DNA of 64,000 bases from Squalus acanthias (taxonomy: Eukaryota). Location: the NCBI GenBank assembly GCA_030390025.1, contig CM059432.1, positions 83,454,001 to 83,518,000 of the forward strand, written 5' to 3'. A program made the translations under genes and the position numbers. The notes under the pieces are model-generated. The model saw only the letters and a program-made list of their open reading frames with translations, was not told where the DNA came from and did no database searches. This document shows, piece by piece, positions 28,018 to 41,386 of this stretch (position 1 is the stretch's first letter; each line of letters begins with the position of its first letter).

Positions 28018-29251
28018 TTGCACCCAGGCTCTCCAATGACTCCCTCCATATGCTTATGGAGAGAGTCACAGCATGCAGGGGGGTTCTCTTCCCTTCTAAG
28101 GGTGGAAGAGACCTCCTCAGGACACCAACTTACCTTGCACCTCCACCCAACCCTCTCTATCTACTTTATCACTTCCCCATCTCACTAGCCACCCCTCACA
28201 CTCACCCTCATCCTACTGCAAGCATACCAGCTAACAACACACAAGGGTAGGCACTTGAGAGGTTTAGCCAATGTCCATGTGAAGTTTCTGGTAATGTGTT
28301 ATCATACAGTGAAATCTCTTTTTCAAAAGTGCCCCTTATTGGACAGATCTGAGCGAACCTTGAGAAGTGTCTTACTGAGTTCCAGTGAGTGCTCAGACAT
28401 AACTCTGCCCCGCCCCCCCTCCATCCCCCGCTATAGTGATGTGTGTGCATGGAATGGCTTGGACATTAAAGGGATGCTTCACGGTGCTGGTGTGGGTTGG
28501 TGTCAACCTGGCACATCATGAGCCAGCCAGGGTTTACAGCGTCAAGTGAAGAAAATCTGGCCATGGTGATGCCATCGCTGGCCTCCCGGCAGCATCAGGT
28601 GATGGCGGAGAAGGTTGGTGATGTTGTTGATGATGTTGGTGTTGGGGCTAATCGTGGAAGGATTCGGAGGACCAAGGTCTGATTGTTTCAATGGCTCCGA
28701 TGTTGCTGCAATAGATGGCAGCTGCAGGTGAGATGACAGAAGCGATCTGCCAATGGTGAGAGAGGTTCTCCCAATGAGGTGGCACTGGACATACAGTTGG
28801 ATCTAAAAACTTGTAAGCTAAAGAAATCTCTATATGTATTAAAAATGCAGTAACCAACATTTTCTGTGCTCTGAAACTCACCATCTGCAACATGGCATCC
28901 TTGACACCACTTCTGCAGCGGTCAGCTTTTCAGAAACATCAGAGCAGACTCAAAACATGCCAGGTTGAGCTGATGTGTTCCCCGAACAGTGGATAACCAG
29001 TGGGGGAGAAGGTAAAATTACAAGTAAGCCTCAAAATACTCTTAAATTGACTCTTAACAAGCCATTTAAGTAGGTGAATTGTCTCCCCCGCCGCTTGGTG
29101 TCGGGTCAGTTTTGCGTTGATAGACCCGACACCAGGGAGACTCATGTGGAGGCGGGTTGACAGCGGGTTTCCTACCCATTGTCAATCTTAGCGATTTTGA
29201 CAGCGGACCCGCCTCCAAACCTGCCCCCTCAGCGCGATTAAATTTGCGGCC
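28018..29251. mobile_element. Internally deleted Harbinger derivative with a Myb-like exon-1 remnant (+)
   Basis: APRLSNDSLHMLMERV...VLFP at 28020-28100; colinear with 35468-36890 but lacks ~210 bp of it; right end aaatttgcggcc. Confidence 0.6.
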
Positions 29252-29524
29252 AAAGTAATTGGCCTAGAATTTCTACACTGTTTGCGGTGTAACTTCAGGA
29301 TATAATAATTTTTAGCAGCAAAATAGAAGCCTTTCCCACCAGTTTCCTGTCCCAAGATTAATTGTCCTGAACTCTCTTGCACTTTTTGACCCTTCCTGAG
29401 ATCTGCCTGCTGAGTCCCAAGCTCATTTAAATATATTATAATAAAATCATGAGTCATTTGGTTTACCTTGGCTCATCTGTCAAGAAAAACGTATCTACAG
29501 CCTCACCTCCTCGTTACAGTTTCC

Positions 29525-29985
29525 AGTGTTTCTTGAATGACTATGGCTTTTGCCTCAACTACCCTACCTAGAACTCTATTCCAACTGTTGATTATTCTTC
29601 GTGTGAAGAAATACTTCCTGGCATAATTCCTAAATTTGTCTTCCACAAGTTTGAACCTGTGCCCTCTTTTCCTATTATCATGGCTTACTTTGAAGTAGGT
29701 TTACCAATTCCTTCCATTTAGCATCTTAGATACTTCTATAAGACTTTGTTCACCACCTTCTTTTAAGGTTAAAGAGTTCCAGTTTCTCTAATTTTCCTCC
29801 ATAGCTGAATCCTCTGATGCTGGAAATCAATCTTGTAGTTCTTTCAAGGGGTGACCAAACGTGGATACAGTACCTAGGTGCAGCCTGACTACAGCACTAT
29901 GTTGTTTCACCATGATATCCTCTGACTTATATTCTGCTGATTTAGCAATATAATTTAGCATTTGGTTTGCTTTGTTGATTGCTGA
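29525..29985 (-). mobile_element. Old CR1 RT/3' fragment
   Basis: KANQMLNYIAKSAEYKS...VRLHL resembles the CR1 ORF2 C-terminus; a further fragment lies near 30670-30800. Confidence 0.6.
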
Positions 29986-30339
29986 TCTGAATAACTTTAT
30001 TGGTCCTGATATTGCCCTCCCCCACCCTACTTGGACGTTGGGCAGATGGAGTGCACCAGAAGTGTGCTTCACTGACCAGGCTCAAGTATGCCTGAATTTT
30101 GTGGGCTGGGTCATTGAACACAGCTCAGTTGCACCCCGATCTGAGGGGACCAGGCACCATTGTAAATGAGTGCCCTTTGATGTTAGCAGAGGAAACTGAG
30201 TTGTGAGGGTTGTGAACATGCAGCTTCTGACTCATTGCTATGTCAATGTTACTCTGCTCCTTGATAGAAGCCCTTGAAATCCTGGAGCAATGTAATGGGG
30301 CTGTGGGCTGATGTAAAGGGTCTTCATCCCCTTCTAGAC

Positions 30340-30551
30340 TCTAAGCTCTAGAATTCCCTCCCTAAACATCCACATTTCAACCTCTCTCATCCTTTAAGAC
30401 CCTTCTTAAAACTTACCTCTTTAACCAAGCTTTTAGTCACCCATCCTAATATCTCCTTCTTTGGCTTGGTGTCAGTTTTTGTCTGATTACGTTCTTGTGA
30501 AGCACCTTGGGATGTTTCTTACATTAAAGATGTTAAAGTTGTTGTTGTTGT
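30340..30551 (+). repeat. L2-type LINE/SINE 3' end fragment with (gtt)n tail
   Basis: Similar to 21311-21533. Confidence 0.6.
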
Positions 30552-30988
30552 TTACCTCTCTGTAGTCCCAGGAATTAGGAAGAACAATAAGTGCAAACAC
30601 TACTAAAACCTGTAAATCTCTTTCAACCTCACCTTTAGCTAGTTCTACATCATGTCTGGAGTATCTATGTCACCCATTTTTTTCTTCCAATGTGCAATGT
30701 TTTACATTTCTGTACTAAACTTCATTTGCCACTGTTCTGCCCATGTACAGGTCACATTAAAATCTATCTGCCATTTCATAGCCCATCTGCTTAGTTGGTC
30801 TGGATCCCTTTTAAAGGATCAAGCCATTCAGGCCATTCTTAATCGTAGGCAATCTAAATTGGTCCAAAATTCAAATTCTTTTGATCATCCAATTTGTCCT
30901 GATTCTGCATTAGTTTCTGATGATCTAATTCAAGTGTAAACTATTTCATTCAGTAATGTCACATTTAGTAATGTCACATTTAGTTACA

Positions 30989-32025
30989 GGGCTGCTTGAG
31001 GTTGTCCTGCAAGGCCGCTGAAAGTCAGCAGCCTTCCACAAGCCATTCTGCAGCCACTGGGGTAGCACTTCGTAGAAGCACTAGGACAGGCAAAGGCACA
31101 CGGAAAATAGGCATTAAGGGGATGCACAAGAGTGATTAGTTGACTTTGTTATAAAATATTGCATGGATATATGGATAAAGTTTGATTGGAAAGTTTGCTT
31201 TGTGGTGGCTTTTATTTCAGTATTGTGGCCAAGAGGATGCTGTGATGGTCTGGAACAAAGGGATGATAAGGTGTGTGACTGTTGTACAATGCAGTTTTTG
31301 GGTTGTGTTCAGTGGAACTGTAGTCGAATGAGGCGATCGCGGACTGCTCGGCCAGAGACAGAAAGTACTGGTTGCCTCCTCCCTTCCTCCTGCTCCTCCT
31401 CTTCCTCTTCCTCCTTCTCCTCTTCCTCTTTCTTCCCTCTGCGAGCAGCTTGTCCTCTTCTTTGATGCCTCTCCTCCATCTCCTTGTCATGCTGCAGACC
31501 AAGGGGGATGGCAACTACAACACTCATGACTGGGAGCAAGTGGTCTGACCAGAACCCTTGAAGTCAGAACCAAGACTTTCTCCATTTGCAGCATCACTCC
31601 CTGTCACCTCACCAACTTTAAACAACTCTGGAAAGCACTTCTAGAAACTTACACAGAGCCAGTAGAAATTAATTAACAACTAACCTGAGAGTGATTGCTG
31701 ATCCCTTTAAATATCGCTGGGGGGGGGGATCTTCCTGCTGCTGAACACGTGTTCAGCTGTGCGAGGTTAAGACAGGGTGTTAGCTCCAGCGTTGAGGATG
31801 AATTTGGCAGCGCTGGCATTAAATCAGCATTGCATGCTGATTGACATCACGATCTGCCAACTCTACATACTTCCGGAGCACGCTCCTAATGCTCGCCCTG
31901 ACCAAAATGGCGTCCGGCGCGGCCCACACCAGAAGCGTGCGCGCGTGGCGTGGACGCCATTTTCAACACAAAACGGCACCCGTGGCGCTGAAAACTCATG
32001 CACTACCGAGCCGAATTTCTAGCCG
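30989..32025 (-). mobile_element. Truncated transposase-deleted Harbinger (same family as 54325-57341, opposite orientation)
   Basis: 3' end of Myb-like gene (+, 30989-31139), intergenic polyA region, in-frame N/C-terminal transposase fusion (31309-31527, -), promoter motifs, terminus cgaatttctagccg. Confidence 0.8.
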
Positions 32026-33984
32026 AATCACTTTAAACTTGGAGTGCATCATATATGCAAGTCATGTTTTTTCCTTCGGGTGAGAGCTTGCTTTTGTGGT
32101 GTGACCTACATGTAGGAGCACTCTATATGTATGTCATTGTAGTAATTAAATGTTCAGAAGTGCAGTTAAATTATATTTTAAGTACACATGTTCTGATGAT
32201 TGTCTTTTGAATTTATTCCTGCAAGATCTCAAATCTAATCAGCACTTGGCTGTCTTAAATTGGTAAATGACTCATCTTGGTCCAACATAACATAACTAAT
32301 GACAATTAGAATCAAATGCCATCACAGAGTTTAAGTGCGAGGGAGAGCTTCATGTGCCTGATAATAAGTGAATTAAAATAACATAATAAAAGTAAATCAA
32401 AGATGCATCTTTCTTAGCCTTGTTCACTTTCAAATGTCTTCAAAAATGTAAAGAAAGGAACAGGGAAAAGAAAAAGGTAAAAAGTTAAGGGATTTTCTTG
32501 CTCATTTAATATATTATGAAACAGTTAATTGCCAGCCTTTTACTATGCTGATGGTAGAGTAACTTTTCATGTATTACAAACTTGTACTGCCAGAGCTAAA
32601 ATAGACAGGGTCACTGCTTTAAAATAAAAAAAATGTGCATGAGATAAAAATAGTGAAAGGAAAATAAAAGAAACAAAAAGAAAACTAGCAACCCCATAAA
32701 AATAGTACAAATAAAATACAGCAAGAACCAACCAAAATAAGAATATAAAACATGAGGAACAGATAAAAGGAAAATAGATAAGAAAAAAAGTAAGAATTGA
32801 ATATTTAGAAATAAAAAGAGTCTAAACATTAAACAGTGCTGACTCTGCCAGTTGCCTGAGGTAAAAGGTTATGAATCAGACTATGTTCTCAACCCTTCTG
32901 TGCAACTACAGGTAAAACAGTGGACAATAGGCAGCATTACTGAAAGGACAACCCAGTATTTATATATATGTATTAAACTATATATCTGTGGATATATTTA
33001 AGCTATGTCTGCTTTAGTTTGTGTTTTTTTTGCACATGCTGCAAATGGACAAATATATTTAATGTGTGGTATTTTTAGATGTAACGTGTAACATAAAAAT
33101 AATGGTTATTTCTTCCTTCCTGAAAAACTAATATTGTGAGAAGTGAACATATGGTATTCTCATTGCACAATTAAAAATATAATTGACAGTTACAGTATTA
33201 AGTGATCTTTGAAGTCGAGTTCTTTTTAAACTTGCTATGTATTAAGCCAGTGCTAATCTGATTATGAACTGTGATACAGTAAATCTACTGTAAAAACGTA
33301 CCATGCAGCAGTTTTAAACTTGATACCGTACTGCTACGTGAGAACTGTTTGTACAGCTAACTTGAAAGGCTCTTTGATGTAATTTTATTGTCCAGCTGTT
33401 TTGTAAGAATAAGCAATGCTAAAATGTATTTTCATTACTTTAGCTTGCAAAATATATTTTCCAACATTGAACTTTAGAACCACACACATTTAAGTTGATT
33501 GTCCTAAAAATAAGGCTGCAGTGTTGCTTTTCTCTTTTTCCCTCCTTTAGTTTTTCCTTCAATTTTATTTTCTTACTTCTCCTTTCTTGAGGGAAGCAAT
33601 TCATTTGAAGCATCAGATACTGGCAGATCTCTTCAGATGCCAAAAGCCCATGCGGCTGAATTTCTTTGGTAGTTTCACCAGACTCCTGCCATAACACCAG
33701 TGGAGTCTGGCAGAAGCCCTTGGAAACAGGCCGGGTCCTGCATACGCTGAGCCAAGACCTTAGTTGAGAAATGTTAGTTGCCCTGTAAGGGGTGGAGCCG
33801 CTGCCTACCCATGAGGTCTCCAGGGGGAGTGGGCCTAGGCTCCCTCCTCTCCATGGCATCCAGGTGTTGGAGTTCCTAGCAGCATGTGGCAGGTGAGTAG
33901 TGGATACCTGCCAGTCCCATGCAAATCACTGACCCCACAAACTCCTTTGCAGGGTACTGGTGGACACGACTCTGGCGCAATTTA

Positions 33985-34193
33985 TCCCTCAACCAATATC
34001 ACTAAAACAGATTAATGGTCATTTACCTCATTGTTGTTTGTGGGACCTTGCTGTGCACAAATTACCTGACATGTTTCCTTACATTACAACAATGACTACT
34101 CTTCAGAGGTAAGTCATTGGCTGTGACATGCTTTGGGATGTCCTGAGGTCATGAAAGGCACTATATAAATACAAATTCTTTCATTTCTTTCTT
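33985..34193 (+). repeat. DeuSINE-type (SacSINE1/AmnSINE-like) 3' part
   Basis: gtttgtgggaccttgctgtgcacaaatt...gaaaggcactatataaat followed by a (tttc)n tail; family recognised from memory. Confidence 0.6.
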
Positions 34194-35467
34194 TATATTC
34201 CCCTCCAGTATGGGGTACGGGGCGATGAGGGTCTTGGGTTTTGCTGTGGTTTGCCCTGAAGGTCACTCTGTGAGGAGGTACAGTCAAAGTGAGGCGAGGC
34301 AGATAATTATGTTTTTTTCCACCCCAAAATGAAACCACTTGTGGAATATTTCTTTCACTCCAGTTCGGGAGTAATGAAAGTCATCTGAATTAAAGTGGTA
34401 GATTCGAATGACATCCTTGGAATTTGATACTTTGGAGCTTCTGACAGACAAATGCTTTCTAGCCTTTCCACTGCCAGGTTAACCTCCCCTGGCCATTCTA
34501 ATAGAAAGTTTGGTCAACAATGTCGGGTGTATTTCACCAATTCAAAATCAACTAACCCATGTTCTTTGTGCAGCTGATGTATAAGCAAGATTATCAGTTA
34601 CTTGGTGGCTGCAATAAAACATTGAAAGGAAACAGTTAGTCAGGAAAAAGCATAGAAACTTGAACTGGGGAGAATTTTCTTTTATTGTGTTAGACTGCAT
34701 CACAGGCCAATAAAAAGGATACATGAAGGCAGAAAAAATACTGTGCTGGTTTATTGATTTGTCATTTGCTGTTGTGTCTTCTTGCAGAAGATGGTATAAA
34801 ATGTCAGGAAATTCGGCACCTAAACTGCCTTTATTCTAACTACTTGAGGAAAGACTCCTTTACATCAGTGCCCTGTGGAACTAAGATTTTTCCACAAAAG
34901 TTTGTGTAATTTAACAAAACTGTTTCCAGTTAGAACTGCAGAGTAGGTCAAGGCAAAGGCTGTCACAAATGAGCGATCTTCTTTTCTCTCTGACATTCGG
35001 GAGAGAAAGATAAGGACAAGGACAGGAAGTTTAGAGGATTATATGCCTGTACTTATTCCCACACAATACCATCATTGATGATATAATATTTGTCTTGTCA
35101 ATCTTTTCATATGCTTTACAGTCACGCATTAGTTGCCAGTTTTGCAAGGTCAAATATTGTAGAATGGTTCATAAGTGGCATATCATAATTATGTTTATTA
35201 TTGATTTCCTTTGGGAACCAAGTCAATTTAATGGGACATAAGCTTAAAATTTGCAGTTTTCTGCTGGTGTCACAGAGTCTACCTTCTGATGAGCACGGGT
35301 TTGCACAGGTATGGACTTGATGTGCTGTATACTGCATTTACAGTAAAGAAACTGACCAGCATTCAGGAGGCTGTACTGCCACCCAGTGTGAGCTTCATTA
35401 GCGGGTTGAGAATTATACTAATTGATCCCAGGCCAGATTTCACGTTTTTCTCGCTGACTCCACCACT

Positions 35468-36890
35468 GTGACTCCCTCCATATGCTTATGGAGGGAGTCA
35501 CAGCACACAGGGAGGTCCTCTTCCCTTCCTATGGGTGGAAGAGACCTCCTCAGGAGATCAACACAGCCTGGTTGCACATTGCAGAGGAGGGCACAAGCAG
35601 GGATGTTGTCAGGAGGACCAGGCTGCAGTGCTGCAAACGATTCAATGATCTCAGTAGATCACAAAACAGTACAAAGCCACACTCAACCTCATCCTGCTGT
35701 GCTTCTCATCACATCCCCATCACTCTGCCTTCCCTACCCTACTCCTGCACATCCTTACTCACACCAACTTACCTTGCACCTCCACCAATCCCTCTCTATC
35801 TACATTATCACATCCTCATCTCACTAGCCACCCCTCACACTCACCCTCATCCTAGTCCAATCATACCAACTAACAACACACAAGGGTAGGCACTTGGGTG
35901 TTTTATGCAATATTCATGTAAAGTTTCTGTTAATGTGGTGTCAAACATTGAAACCATTATTTTCAACATTTTGCGTTCTTGGACAGATTTGTGTGCACCT
36001 TTGGAAGTGGCTTAGTGAGTTGCAGTGAATGGTGAGACATAACGGTACCTCCCGCAATGGTGATGAGTGTGAAAGGAATGGCTTTGGCATTGTAGGGATG
36101 CTTTATGGTGTTGGTGTGGGGTGGTGCCAACCTGGCGCATCATGTGGCAGCATCAAGTGAAGTAAATCTGGCCATGGTGAGGCCATCTCTGGCCTCCTGG
36201 GCAGCAATGTGGTCAGGTGATGATGCCCTGTGTCCTGTGCAGCATCAGTTGATTGCGGAGAAGGTTGGTGTTGTTGTTGGTGCTGCTGGTGTGCCTGGTG
36301 CTGCTGGTGTTGGGGCTGATTGTGGTGGGATTCTGAGGACCAAGGTGAGAGAGTATAAAGGGCACCCATGCTGATGGAATAGATGGCAGGTGAAGTAGAG
36401 ATGACAGAAGCGATCTGTCAATGGTGGGAGAGGTAATGAGGTGAGACTGGATGGAGACTTGTGTAAAGACTTGCAGCATCCTGAATCTGTAGTGGAAATG
36501 CAGTTTAGAGAAGCTAGTGGTTAAGGGAACATTTCTCAATCAGCTGAAAGCTTTGACTTGACATTTGAAGCTGTCAACTCATCAGCTGATTCAATGGCCA
36601 CTGACCTCCCGCCTCAGCTTCACAGACGAGGTTTAGGCACAGCAGGAAACCGGTGGGCGACCTGTCAAATCTAAAAAGCTGGGAAAGAAACCATCGATAA
36701 GTGTCTGTAAACAAGCCACTAATGATTTTAATTGCCTCCCCCGCCACTGCCTGTCGGGTCGCTCAGCGCTGGCAGACCCGACATCGGGTAAGTCCAGTGT
36801 GCACGTTTTGACAGCGGGTTCCTGACCCGCTGTCAATAATTTTAAATTTAACAGCTGACCCGCCACCTGAGCGCTGGCAAAATTCCAACC
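35468..36890. mobile_element. Internally deleted Harbinger derivative with Myb/SANT exon-1 remnant (+) and possible transposase 5' remnant (-)
   Basis: ORF 35482: REVLFP...AWLHIAEE...RRTRLQCCKRFNDLSR, homologous to PRTHVQCRKKFNDLTR of the intact element; terminus aaattccaacc. Confidence 0.7.
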
Positions 36891-37076
36891 TAATTTACCA
36901 ACAGTTTTCATACAGTACTTTTTCTTGAAGTGGGAAATAATAGAACCGACTTGATTTTTGCTCCATTGATTTGAATGTAACGAAAATTGGGTTAGTTCTA
37001 CAATGCACAGATGCTCTACAGGGTTACTGCCCAGGTGGCAAAGTTGAAAATGACCCCAGTATGTCCATATTAGTCA

Positions 37077-38240
37077 TTACCCCAGCACCTATGTTTACGG
37101 ATCCAGACAATTCTACCTGGGCATATTAGAGGAGACCTGTCTTTGCCACTTCTGGTTCACAATGGAAGGTGTCACAGAGTTATGCCATTTCCTCTACAGT
37201 GACTTTACCACAGGGACTGGTCTTCCTATAGATGTAAAAGTCACCATTGTTTTAAGCTTTCATACGATCAGATCCTTCCAAGGCACTTAAGGAGACACGT
37301 GTTAGATCAGCCTGTCTGCTGACCACAGATGAATCAAGCAAATGCTTGACACAATGGCTGCTTCTGTGCTCACCAGCCGTGATTTGACACCCATTCATTT
37401 TAATGGACAGAAAACAATCACAGGCTAGCGAATGCAGAAACAGTAAATCCGATCAATGTTTTCAAGGGGCAAATCTTCATCACTTTCTCTGTGGAAAGGA
37501 AGCTTCAGCTGGAGATGGCACAGAACTTTTACCAGGTGACTGAGCTCCCAAAATAGATGGCACCCGTGTGGGTATCATGGCTCCTCACATCCACCACACA
37601 GCCTACATGAACAGAAAAGGCTTTCATTCCATTGATGCTCAGATGGTGTTGGACCACAGGAATAAGATTACGCAAGACAATGCCCAATATCCTGGAAGCA
37701 CCCATGATGTGCTCAGTAGGTGGCAGTTCCCATTGCTTGGATTATTTGAAGGTTCAGATAGACTGGACGGATGGCTGCTTGGAGACCAGAATACCTTCTT
37801 CAGCCCTGACAGATAACTTCCTGAGAAACCCATGAACACCAGCAGACATAAATACAATGAGACACACACCTCAGCCATAATTACTGCTAAGCACACTATT
37901 GGTGTGCTGAAACAAAGGGGGTGAATTTCCATGGGGGTTCTCTCCCTTGTCTGCAGTAACTTCAGTGGAAGAACCATGGAAACATGGGAAAACGGTGTAA
38001 CCACCGTTTGTGACATTTTGTGAGGGTTTCTGCGGCTCTTCTGCTGAAGTTATGGTGGATGAGCGGGAGGACCCCCACAGAAATTCACTGCCAAAGATTC
38101 TGCAGTTTGGCTAGGCACCCAGTGAAGCTCTCAGAATCATCATGGCCTGCTGAATACAGTAGAACGAGCAGGAGACTCACGGTCCACCGTTAGCAGAGGA
38201 GGAAGGATGGCAAAGAGGAGGATGAAATGGAGAAAGCATA
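37077..38240 (+). pseudogene. Fossil Harbinger (HARBI1-like) transposase with frameshifts and inserted MITEs
   Basis: EETCLCHFWFTMEGVTELCH, IDGTRV, NRKGFHSIDAQMVLDH, YPGSTHD, GWLLGD and IGVLKQ|RF all align with the 42099-43259 protein. Confidence 0.85.
37917..38092. mobile_element. 176-bp palindromic MITE with AAA target-site duplication
   Basis: TIRs gggggtgaatttcc / gaaattcactgcc; aaa at 37914-37916 and 38093-38095; removal restores CTG AAA CAA AGA TTC (LKQRF). Confidence 0.85.
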
Positions 38241-39163
38241 AGTGCAGCCAGTAATTCCCAAATCTGGTTCATGCACACTATTCCTGATCACTTAATCACC
38301 AAGTGATGTCCACATAAACTCCATGCTATACATTCCATATTACATCATCCTGTCGCTTATTGATCCATTTCCCAAAAATAAACTCTCCAGACTAAGAAGA
38401 AATAAAGTCGACAATATTTATTAATTGATATGTACAAGTTTTCTACTGCCTAGCACCATGCTTCCCTTCGTGATCCCAAGATTTTGATCTTCCAGAATTC
38501 CCTAGATTCTAGAATGGTCCCCTTGAATTGAAAGGTAGCAAATGTAATGCCACTGTTCAAGAAAGGAGAGTGAGAGAAATAGGCCAGTTAGCCTGACATC
38601 AGTAGTAGGGAAGATGCTAGAATCTATTATTAAGGACATGGTAACAGGGCACTTGGAAAATCACAATATGATTAGGCAGAATCAACACGCTTTTATGAAA
38701 GGGAAATCCCGCTTGACAAATCTATTAGAGCTTTTTGAGGGAGTGACTAACAGGGTAGATAAGGGGGAACCAGTGGATGTAGTATATTTGGATTTTCAGA
38801 AGGCATTTGATAAGGTGCCATTCAAGAGGTTGTTACACAAGATTAGGACTCATGGAATTGGAGGTAATATATTAGCATGGATTGAGGATTGGTTAATGGA
38901 CAGAAAACAGAGAGTAGGAATAAATGGGTCATTTTTGGGATGGCAGGGTGTAACTAGTAGAGTGCCGCAAGGATCAGTGCTTGGGCCTCAACTATTTACA
39001 GTCTATATTACTGGCTTAGATGATGGGACCGAGTGCAATATATCCAAGTTTGCTGACAATACAAAGCTAGGTGTGAAAGTAGGCTGTGAGGAGGACGTAA
39101 AGAGGCTGCAAAGGGACACAGAGTGGTTAAGTGATTGGGCAAGAAGCTGGCAGATGGAATATA

Positions 39164-39916
39164 GGCCCAGAAATTCGCCTCTCCGGCTTGCCGCGGGGGT
39201 AAGGATCGCGCGCGCACTTACCTACCGCGCCTGCCGTTGTGTTTTGGGCCCACGGGAACTTCAGCTCCTGGGCCTGCTCCAAGTGCCGGCACGCAGTGTT
39301 TGCGTGTCTCAGGGGCGCAGTTAGTGCGATGCGTCCCCTGGGATCACGTGGGCCATGGAGAGCCAATGGCAGCAGACCATCTTTCATTCATAGAACCTGT
39401 CAAATCTGTGAATTGAAATCGGCCCTAAAAGAACAGCTAAACTTAAAATAAATTAAAAAAAAACCCATCACATTTATAAAATAACTATAGTTAAATAAAT
39501 TAACCACTTTAAACAAAAATTTAAATTTTTGAAAAAATTAAAAGACTTTTTAAAAGTGATAAAAATAAACTTACCTTTCTTTAAAGTATCTAAAAAAGAT
39601 AAACCTGTTGAAATTTTTTTTAAATTATACTTAATTAACCACTTACCTTGTTGAAAACGGGTCTTGCGCCTCCTTTTCATAAGCGTAGGTTCTTCACTAC
39701 TTAACCTCCTGTAGAAACCTGAAAAAAAATCTAAGTTTGCTGCGTGCGCGCAGCCTCTACCGCGCACGCGGTTCACCTAGGAACTGCCCCCTTCACCAGA
39801 CCAGAAGTTCCGGTTTCCCGCGCATGCGCAGTGCATGCAGGAAACCAGCACTTCGGGACGTCTTACGGGTAAGTACGCACTGTGTACTCACCCGGGAACG
39901 GCCGAATTTTTGGCCC
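39164..39916. mobile_element. 753-bp non-autonomous Harbinger-type MITE, ATA TSD
   Basis: Termini ggcccagaaattcg / cgaatttttggccc; ata at 39161-39163 and 39917-39919; empty site atggaatATAatgtggg is CR1 sequence; CpG-rich arms, AT-rich core. Confidence 0.9.
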
Positions 39917-40197
39917 ATAATGTGGGCAAGTGTGAAATTATCCACTTTAGTAGGAAGAATGGAAAAACAGAATATTTTTTAAAAGGTGAGAGATAGTAAA
40001 TGTTGGTATTCAGAGGGATTTGGGTGTCCTTGTACATGAATCACTGAAAGCAAATGGTATGTTAGCCTTTATTGCAAGGGAGTTGGAGTACAAAAATAAG
40101 GCAGTCTTGCTGATATATAGCGCTTTGGGGAGACCACACCTGGAGTACTGTGTACAGTTTTGGCCTCCTTACCTAAGGAAGGATATACTTGCCTTGG

Positions 40198-41386
40198 ACT
40201 TTCAAAAGGCTTTCGATAAGGTCCCGCATAAGAGATTAGCGTGTAAAGTTAAGGCACATGGGATTGGGGGCAAGGTATTGACTTGGATAGAGAACTGGTT
40301 GGCGGACAGAAAGCAGAGAGTAGGAATTAATGGGTCTTTTTCCGAGTGGCAAGCAGTGACTAGTGGGGTACCGCAGGGATCGGTCCTTGGATCCCAGCTA
40401 TTCACAATATACATTAATGATCTAGATAAGGGAACTAAATGTAATATCTCCAAGTTTGCAGATGACACAAAGCTGGGTGGGAGTGTGTGCTGTGAGGAGG
40501 GTACCGAGAAACTCCAGGATGATTTGGACAGGTTGGGTGAGTGGGCAGAAGCGTGGCAGATGCAATATAACGTGGATAAATGCGAGGTTATCCACTTTGG
40601 TGTCAAAAACAGAAAGGCAGGCTATTATCTGAATGGCAATAGATTGGGAGAAGGGGAAGTGCAACGAGACCTGGGTGTCCTTGTGCACCAGTCGCTGAAG
40701 GTAAGCATGCAGGTGCAGCAGACGGTGAAGAAGGCAAATGGTATGTTGGCCTTCATAGCGAAAGGGTTTGAGTATAGGAACAGGGATGTCCTGCTGCAGT
40801 TGTACAGGGCCTTGGTGAGACCACACCTTGAGTACTGTGTGCAGTTTTGGTTGCCTTATCTGAGGAAGGATGTTCTTGCCATGGAAGGAGTTCAGCGAAG
40901 ATTCACAAGGCTGATACCTGGGATGGCAGGAATGACATATGAGGAGAGATTGGGTCGATTGGGCTTATACTCGCTGGAGTATAGAAGAATGAGAGGGGAT
41001 CTCGTCGAAACATATAAAATTCTGACAGGTCTGGAAAAACTAGATGCAGGAAGAATGTTCCCGATGGTCGGAGAGTCCAGAACCAGGGGTCATAATCTAA
41101 GGATAAGGGGTAAGCCATTTAGGACAGAAATGAGGAAGAATTTCTTCACCCAGAGAGTGGTGAACCTGTGGAATTCTCTACCACAGAAGGTAGTTGAGGC
41201 CAAGTCATTAAATATATTCAAGAATGAGTTAGATATATTTCTTAAAGCTAAAGGTATCAAGGGATATGGGGAGAAGGCAGGTACAGGGTACTGAGTTTGG
41301 ATGATCAGCCATGATCTCATCGAATGGCAGAGCAGGCTCGAGGGGCCGAATGGCCTACTCCTGCTCCTATCTTCTATGTTTCTATG
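40198..41386 (+). mobile_element. Younger 5'-truncated CR1 inserted into the older CR1
   Basis: Uninterrupted RT C-half (DFQKAFDKV...FADDTK...KAGTGY stop) plus 3' UTR hairpin and (ttctatgt) tail; host resumes at 41387. Confidence 0.9.
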
